Positions 27,774 to 32,000 of a DNA stretch of 32,000 nucleotides are shown in pieces. The translations under genes were made by a program, and so were the position numbers. Source of the DNA: Prochlorococcus marinus subsp. pastoris str. CCMP1986 (lineage in GTDB: Bacteria; Cyanobacteriota; Cyanobacteriia; PCC-6307; Cyanobiaceae); contig NC_005072.1 in NCBI RefSeq assembly GCF_000011465.1, forward strand, positions 600,001-632,000. Reading direction: 5' to 3'. The notes beneath the pieces are model-generated. The model was given only the letters and a program-made list of their open reading frames with translations. It was not told the DNA's origin and did no database searches. The first letter of the stretch is position 1. Each line of letters begins with the position of its first letter.

Positions 27774-27875
27774 TTAACTTGTGTAAGCTTTGCCTCTATA
27801 AGTTAATTCTGTATGCTGTTTTTTTGCAGCTACTTTGTTTTGGACGTATTTTTGTCCTCTGTAGATAAGTGTCAT
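27774..27875 (-). CDS. DUF4278-like 33-aa microprotein
   Basis: MTLIYRGQKYVQNKVAAKKQHTELTYRGKAYTS*, with two YRGxxY motifs. Confidence 0.7.
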   Translation of the reverse strand: MTLIYRGQKYVQNKVAAKKQHTELTYRGKAYTS

Positions 27876-27937
27876 CTATTTTCTCCGGTTTCGCCCAAGT
27901 CCCCGTTCCATGGCTTAAGTCGATTTGCGGCTTGCAT
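27872..27937 (-). CDS. possible 21-aa upstream mini-ORF, ATGA-overlapped with the DUF4278 start
   Basis: MQAANRLKPWNGDLGETGENR*; stop TGA overlaps the next ATG (ATGA at 27872-27875). Confidence 0.35.
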   Translation of the reverse strand: MQAANRLKPWNGDLGETGENR

Positions 27938-28177
27938 TATTACAAGTTGAACGTTTTGGTAGCGGTTGCTACAAATTAATATTAACACATTGGTAATTTT
28001 TTGTGAAGGCTTTAAATGACATTTATACTATTTAATCGAAGAAAATTTATCTATTAAGTGATACGAAATCTCTTTTTAGAATAATTTAATGATTTAGACA
28101 GGTTACATTTTGTTCAATTAATCTATTTATTTTTAATAACTTTACTTTTTAAATGTAAAATTCAGAGGATTATAACG

Positions 28178-28378
28178 ATGTTTATGTTCTCAAGAAACAA
28201 AAAATCTCCTAGTAAAAAAGCTTCAGTAGTTGAAGAAAAACCTTTGTATGCGCAGTTACTTCCATTCGCGAATGTCATGACTGAGAAGGTTCAAGTGGTT
28301 AATGCTTTGGCTTTTACTTTAATAATGGGTGTTTCAATTTTTGGGATAGCTCTTTGGAGGCTTTCTGCTCTAACTTAA
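28178..28378 (+). CDS. hypothetical small single-TM protein
   Basis: 66 aa; MFMFSRNKKSPSKKASVVEEKPLYAQLLPFANVMTEKVQVVNALAFTLIMGVSIFGIALWRLSALT, GAGG upstream. Confidence 0.7.
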   Translation: MFMFSRNKKSPSKKASVVEEKPLYAQLLPFANVMTEKVQVVNALAFTLIMGVSIFGIALWRLSALT

Positions 28379-28382
28379 TTAT

Positions 28383-28646
28383 CTAATTTTTCAGAGAATT
28401 AATTTTTGACTCTTTGTCGTTAATCATTGTAATTAGCCACTTAGAAGCTAAAGCTCGAGATATAGATCTATTTTTAAGAAATCTACATATATAAATATGT
28501 AGATTTTTTTCGTTTCTAGAGTTAAATTTCTCTTCAAATTCTAATATTGATTCTTCTGTATTTCTTTTCCTAAGCACGTCTACTAAAGCATGAGTAGATG
28601 AATCATTAAAAAAATTACCAATATTTAAGCTTAATGTCATAGTCAA
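28383..28646 (-). CDS. hypothetical protein
   Basis: 87 aa ORF, convergent with the previous gene; no family recognised. Confidence 0.55.
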   Translation of the reverse strand: MTMTLSLNIGNFFNDSSTHALVDVLRKRNTEESILEFEEKFNSRNEKNLHIYICRFLKNRSISRALASKWLITMINDKESKINSLKN

Positions 28647-28725
28647 TTTATATACCTACTTAAGATGTAGCCATAAATTAAATTTTTAAACACAAAATTA
28701 AATTAATTTACAAATAATTTAATAT

Positions 28726-31059
28726 TTAATTTTCTGGTTTAGCTAACGGAAGTAAACACTTATCTGAATCACAACCAGCTGGTCCTGCTTCGGAGAGCTC
28801 TCCAATATCATATTTATTAAGTGCATCAAAGAAATCATTATTTACTTTCCTTTCAGTTACCTGTGCCTGCAAAGATAAATATTCCTCTTTACTTATAGGT
28901 TCAAAAGGTAATCTTGGGAATGTAGCATTTGCACTGAATCGAGCTAATAATGCTGCAGAAATATACCCTTCGTTATTTTCTATCGCATTATGTATTGCTT
29001 TTGCTAAATCTTCAATTTCACTTTCTCTAAATTCAACAGTTGCAGAAGTATTATGTTCTGTATAAAACTTTTGAACTTGCATATAAAAATCGAATTGTGC
29101 AAGGGCAGAGAAGTTATTGATATCTATTTGATCTGCTCCTTCTATGTTTGCCCAACTTACTTCTGTTGGAATTTCAACGAGCCATTCAGTACATCTTGGG
29201 TCAAATGGATTATCAAGTAAGCATCCTTTTTCATCTTTATCGGATTGAGATGGAACAACAGAGTAACCATAATCCATACAAGCTAAAGCGATAGGATCAT
29301 TCTTTCTGAAAGTTATTCTTCTTAAAAATCTTTGTGCTTTAGGTGGATGCCATCCAGGAGCAGCTCCAGTTAAAAGACTTTTGGTGCCAGCAGGTTGAAC
29401 TGTTGTGCATCTATTAGGTCTTCTGAGATTATGTTTGTCGCAGTATTCCCAAACAGTTTCTTTTACAGTTTTTCTCCATGAATCTAAGAATTTAGCTTCT
29501 TGCTTTTTAAATTCTTTTCCTTCTTCGTTGTCAGGTCTCCCAGCTTCCCACCATTTCAACCAAGGTGTTCCAAACGCATGTACAAAGAAATCAAATAATC
29601 CTGTAAAACTAACTCCCACAATAGGATCATACTCCCTACTTTTTCTATATCTCTCAACTTCGAATTCATGATTTAGTAAACATGCCACTGAAAGAGCTGC
29701 AGCTTTAAAGGCTTTTTTTTGTTCTTCAATATTTTCTGGATCTATTTGATTTAGGTGAACTTCGGCCAAGTTACAATGAAAATCGTTGCCTAATATTTCT
29801 CCGCAAGGATTAAGTCCATATCTACTCATTCTATGATCTAGTTCTTCTTCAGAAAAAGGTCCGTAATTTAGATTAATCCAATTTCTAGCTTCCTCTTTAC
29901 CTTGTTCCGAATATATTTCTATGAATTCATTTTTGAGATCTTCTCCTTTCAAAATATCTGCATTTGATCTTGCTATTGCTTCTGGCGCAAATTGAATTGC
30001 TCCTTCACCTGAATGAAATTGCTTGGTTACAGCATCCAGAATTGTTTGATAAGAGGGCTTTGTATGATAAACCCTTGTATGATTTGCCATTCTAAGAGCG
30101 TCCTTTTCAGGATCGATTCTCCAATTACCTTCTTCGTCTTGACTCCATAGATTCTCTTTAGCTGAGGCTGCTTCTTTGTCATCAGATGCAAACTGCCTCA
30201 TGCCAGCGCTTCTTCTTATATTACCTGCAACTATTGTTACAGCTGCTTCGTCAATAAGTAAGCAACACTCAACTGTATTTAGCTTTCTACCAATCGCTTT
30301 TCCTAATAAAGAAGCAACTCGAGAGTATAGATCCTTTAATTTAATAGGATTCGCCATACCTCCAAAACCTTTTAATGATTCTCCTGCTGGCCTAATATCT
30401 TCTAAGTTAATATGAACATTAACTTCTTTCTCAAGACTTTCATTGCTTGATGCTTCAAGAAGATATTTATAACTATCTACCCAGCCTCTTCTGCTATCCC
30501 CAACTTTTATAAAAATATCGTTTCCTTTAATTTCTAAAGAAGATTTTTCCTGCCTTTGATCTTTAGGAGTTATTCCTACTTCGCTTACTGATTTAATAGT
30601 TATTTTATTTTTTACTGTTGGAAGCTTATTTATAAAATGGGGCTCTATTATTGCTCCTGTGCCGCAACCCATCATTGCTAAATCCATCATTAAGGCAAAA
30701 GCTTCCCAATCAATTAAATTTGTCGAAGTACAATTATATGCTCCTGAAAAATTCTGGTTTTTATTAATCCATGGAGTCCCTCCGATCCATAACCATCTTC
30801 CAGATGGTTGAGCCTTTTGGTTGCTCTGCATTTCTCTCATTAACATCAATTCTTGATCAGAGAGTTTTCCTAATTCTTTTAATCCAGATAAATTTCTTTC
30901 TCCAACTTCACTCCAATTCTCTCTTTTCCCGGAAACTGTCTTTCTGCTATATGACCTAAAGAAGACAGGATAAGCAGCAGGAGCTGTTTTTGGGAAGTCA
31001 TCTTTTCTAAGATTATTAGAATTGCTCTCAGAGGAAGCTTTATTTGGTGCAATTGTCAC
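28726..31059 (-). CDS. nrdJ: adenosylcobalamin-dependent (class II) ribonucleoside-triphosphate reductase
   Basis: GRWLWIGG, NCTSTN, MGCGTGAI, NPCGEILGNDFHCNLAEV, PAGTKSLLTGAAPGWHPP, C-terminal CDSDKC. GTG start at 31059 (VTIAPNK...) preferred over the tracked start at 31134. Confidence 0.95.
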   Translation of the reverse strand: MTIAPNKASSESNSNNLRKDDFPKTAPAAYPVFFRSYSRKTVSGKRENWSEVGERNLSGLKELGKLSDQELMLMREMQSNQKAQPSGRWLWIGGTPWINKNQNFSGAYNCTSTNLIDWEAFALMMDLAMMGCGTGAIIEPHFINKLPTVKNKITIKSVSEVGITPKDQRQEKSSLEIKGNDIFIKVGDSRRGWVDSYKYLLEASSNESLEKEVNVHINLEDIRPAGESLKGFGGMANPIKLKDLYSRVASLLGKAIGRKLNTVECCLLIDEAAVTIVAGNIRRSAGMRQFASDDKEAASAKENLWSQDEEGNWRIDPEKDALRMANHTRVYHTKPSYQTILDAVTKQFHSGEGAIQFAPEAIARSNADILKGEDLKNEFIEIYSEQGKEEARNWINLNYGPFSEEELDHRMSRYGLNPCGEILGNDFHCNLAEVHLNQIDPENIEEQKKAFKAAALSVACLLNHEFEVERYRKSREYDPIVGVSFTGLFDFFVHAFGTPWLKWWEAGRPDNEEGKEFKKQEAKFLDSWRKTVKETVWEYCDKHNLRRPNRCTTVQPAGTKSLLTGAAPGWHPPKAQRFLRRITFRKNDPIALACMDYGYSVVPSQSDKDEKGCLLDNPFDPRCTEWLVEIPTEVSWANIEGADQIDINNFSALAQFDFYMQVQKFYTEHNTSATVEFRESEIEDLAKAIHNAIENNEGYISAALLARFSANATFPRLPFEPISKEEYLSLQAQVTERKVNNDFFDALNKYDIGELSEAGPAGCDSDKCLLPLAKPEN

Positions 31060-31191
31060 GATAAAAAAAGTATGTAAATTTACCCGTAAAGGAAGAATAA
31101 CTCTACCTGTGGCGTCTGCAACTATTCTTACCACTATTTAACGGTTTGTGTAAAAATATGTTTATTATGAAATCTTTGTTCACGGAAGTTT

Positions 31192-31887
31192 ATGGAAAGA
31201 ACTGTTGAACCTGAATTAATGGAAAGAGAAGATCAAGTTGATTCTTATGCTAAAGCTGACTTTTCAGAGGGAGAGAATAATCTTATTAGTCAAATAAATC
31301 ATTACTTGATTAAAAATAATATTTATTTGAGTGAAAAAGAATTGATTGTTGATTTAGGATGCGGGCCTGGCAATATTTCTGAAAAGTTATCAACTAAATG
31401 GCCTAATGCCAATGTTATTGGTATTGATGGCTCCAAAGAGATGATTCGAATAGCTGAGTTAAATAAAAAGAATTCCTTAAATCGGAGTCGATTAAAAAAT
31501 TTGCGTTACATTTGTGCAGATATAAAAAGCCTTAAATCAAGTGATATTTCTTTCGAAAAAAATATAAGTTTATTAGTCAGCAACAGTTTAATTCACCATA
31601 TTACTTATCTGGATGATTTTTTTAATTGCATAAAGAGATTATCAAGTGATTTGACTATAAATTTTCATAAAGATCTTAAAAGACCGATTGATGAACAATC
31701 AGCTTTATATTTAAAGGAAAAATGTGGGGAAAAATATAATGAAATTCTGACTAATGATTATTACGCATCATTAAAGGCTTCTTACACATCAAAGGAATTA
31801 AAAGATTTTATTTTTGAGAATAAATTATCCTCTTTAGAGGTGTTCGAAGAAGGTGATCAATATTTAGTCATTTATGGTAAGGTTTAG
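31192..31887 (+). CDS. class I SAM-dependent methyltransferase
   Basis: LIVDLGCGPGNISEKLSTKWPNANVIGIDGSKEMI, YICADIKSL. Confidence 0.88.
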   Translation: MERTVEPELMEREDQVDSYAKADFSEGENNLISQINHYLIKNNIYLSEKELIVDLGCGPGNISEKLSTKWPNANVIGIDGSKEMIRIAELNKKNSLNRSRLKNLRYICADIKSLKSSDISFEKNISLLVSNSLIHHITYLDDFFNCIKRLSSDLTINFHKDLKRPIDEQSALYLKEKCGEKYNEILTNDYYASLKASYTSKELKDFIFENKLSSLEVFEEGDQYLVIYGKV

Positions 31888-31916
31888 AGTTAATGGGATT
31901 GTTAAAATAGAATTTA

Positions 31917-32000
31917 ATGAGTTCAAGTACTGAAAACTTAAATAATAAAAATATCTTAGAGGCGGTAAATAAAAGAAGGAACTTTGCGATTATTTCACAT
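31917..32000 (+). CDS. prfC: 5' end of peptide chain release factor 3 (partial)
   Basis: MSSSTENLNNKNILEAVNKRRNFAIISH..., the typical RF3 N-terminus just before the P-loop; runs off the window. Confidence 0.75.
   Translation, partial: MSSSTENLNNKNILEAVNKRRNFAIISH

Noticed and set aside
27872-27953. Glutamine riboswitch (glnA / Downstream-peptide motif)
   Set aside because: CGUUCAAC and GGAACG plus a downstream short ORF are suggestive, but the characteristic internal GGAAGUAGG-type core is not visible, so I do not call it; an Rfam covariance search is needed.
29405-30959. Three + strand ORFs inside nrdJ
   Set aside because: Antisense shadows of a strongly supported gene.
31060-31134. N-terminal 25 residues of the tracked nrdJ ORF
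   Set aside because: Looks like leader sequence; the homologue-like N-terminus begins VTIAPNK at a GTG (31059).

Overview
AT-rich picocyanobacterial chromosomal window. Gene content, strand layout and protein families look like high-light Prochlorococcus, but this is inferred from the sequence alone. The left half is mostly housekeeping or metabolic: lycopene cyclase, two SDR enzymes, MscS channel, isochorismatase-like hydrolase, Fur regulator, ArsS-type radical SAM, StpA-like phosphatase, metY-metA, SulP permease, FAD-binding oxidoreductase, CbiXL cobaltochelatase, GMC oxidoreductase. The right half is rich in small and poorly described genes: a ribbon-helix-helix-like/partner gene pair, gloA, a Tic20-like gene, DUF2811, DUF2839 and DUF4278 proteins, rluF-like pseudouridine synthase, tRNA-Ser(UGA), a minimal NAD+-dependent DNA ligase adenylation-domain protein, several unannotated ORFs under 60 aa, then B12-dependent nrdJ, a methyltransferase and the start of prfC. 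I see no CRISPR array, transposase, prophage or recognisable multi-gene defence island. The best leads are: (1) the stand-alone ligase nucleotidyltransferase domain ending just after motif V; (2) the DUF4278 microprotein with an overlapping upstream mini-ORF inside an unusually GC-rich, foldable leader; (3) the overlapping RHH-like/partner pair with toxin-antitoxin-like architecture; (4) a cluster of three same-orientation DnaA-box-like motifs far from any replication gene in view; (5) a POR-like SDR lacking the usual catalytic Cys; (6) a membrane-anchored, apparently degenerate GIY-YIG/T5orf172-like protein. Confidence that any of these is a new system is modest. All family calls come from recognised motifs, with no database search.
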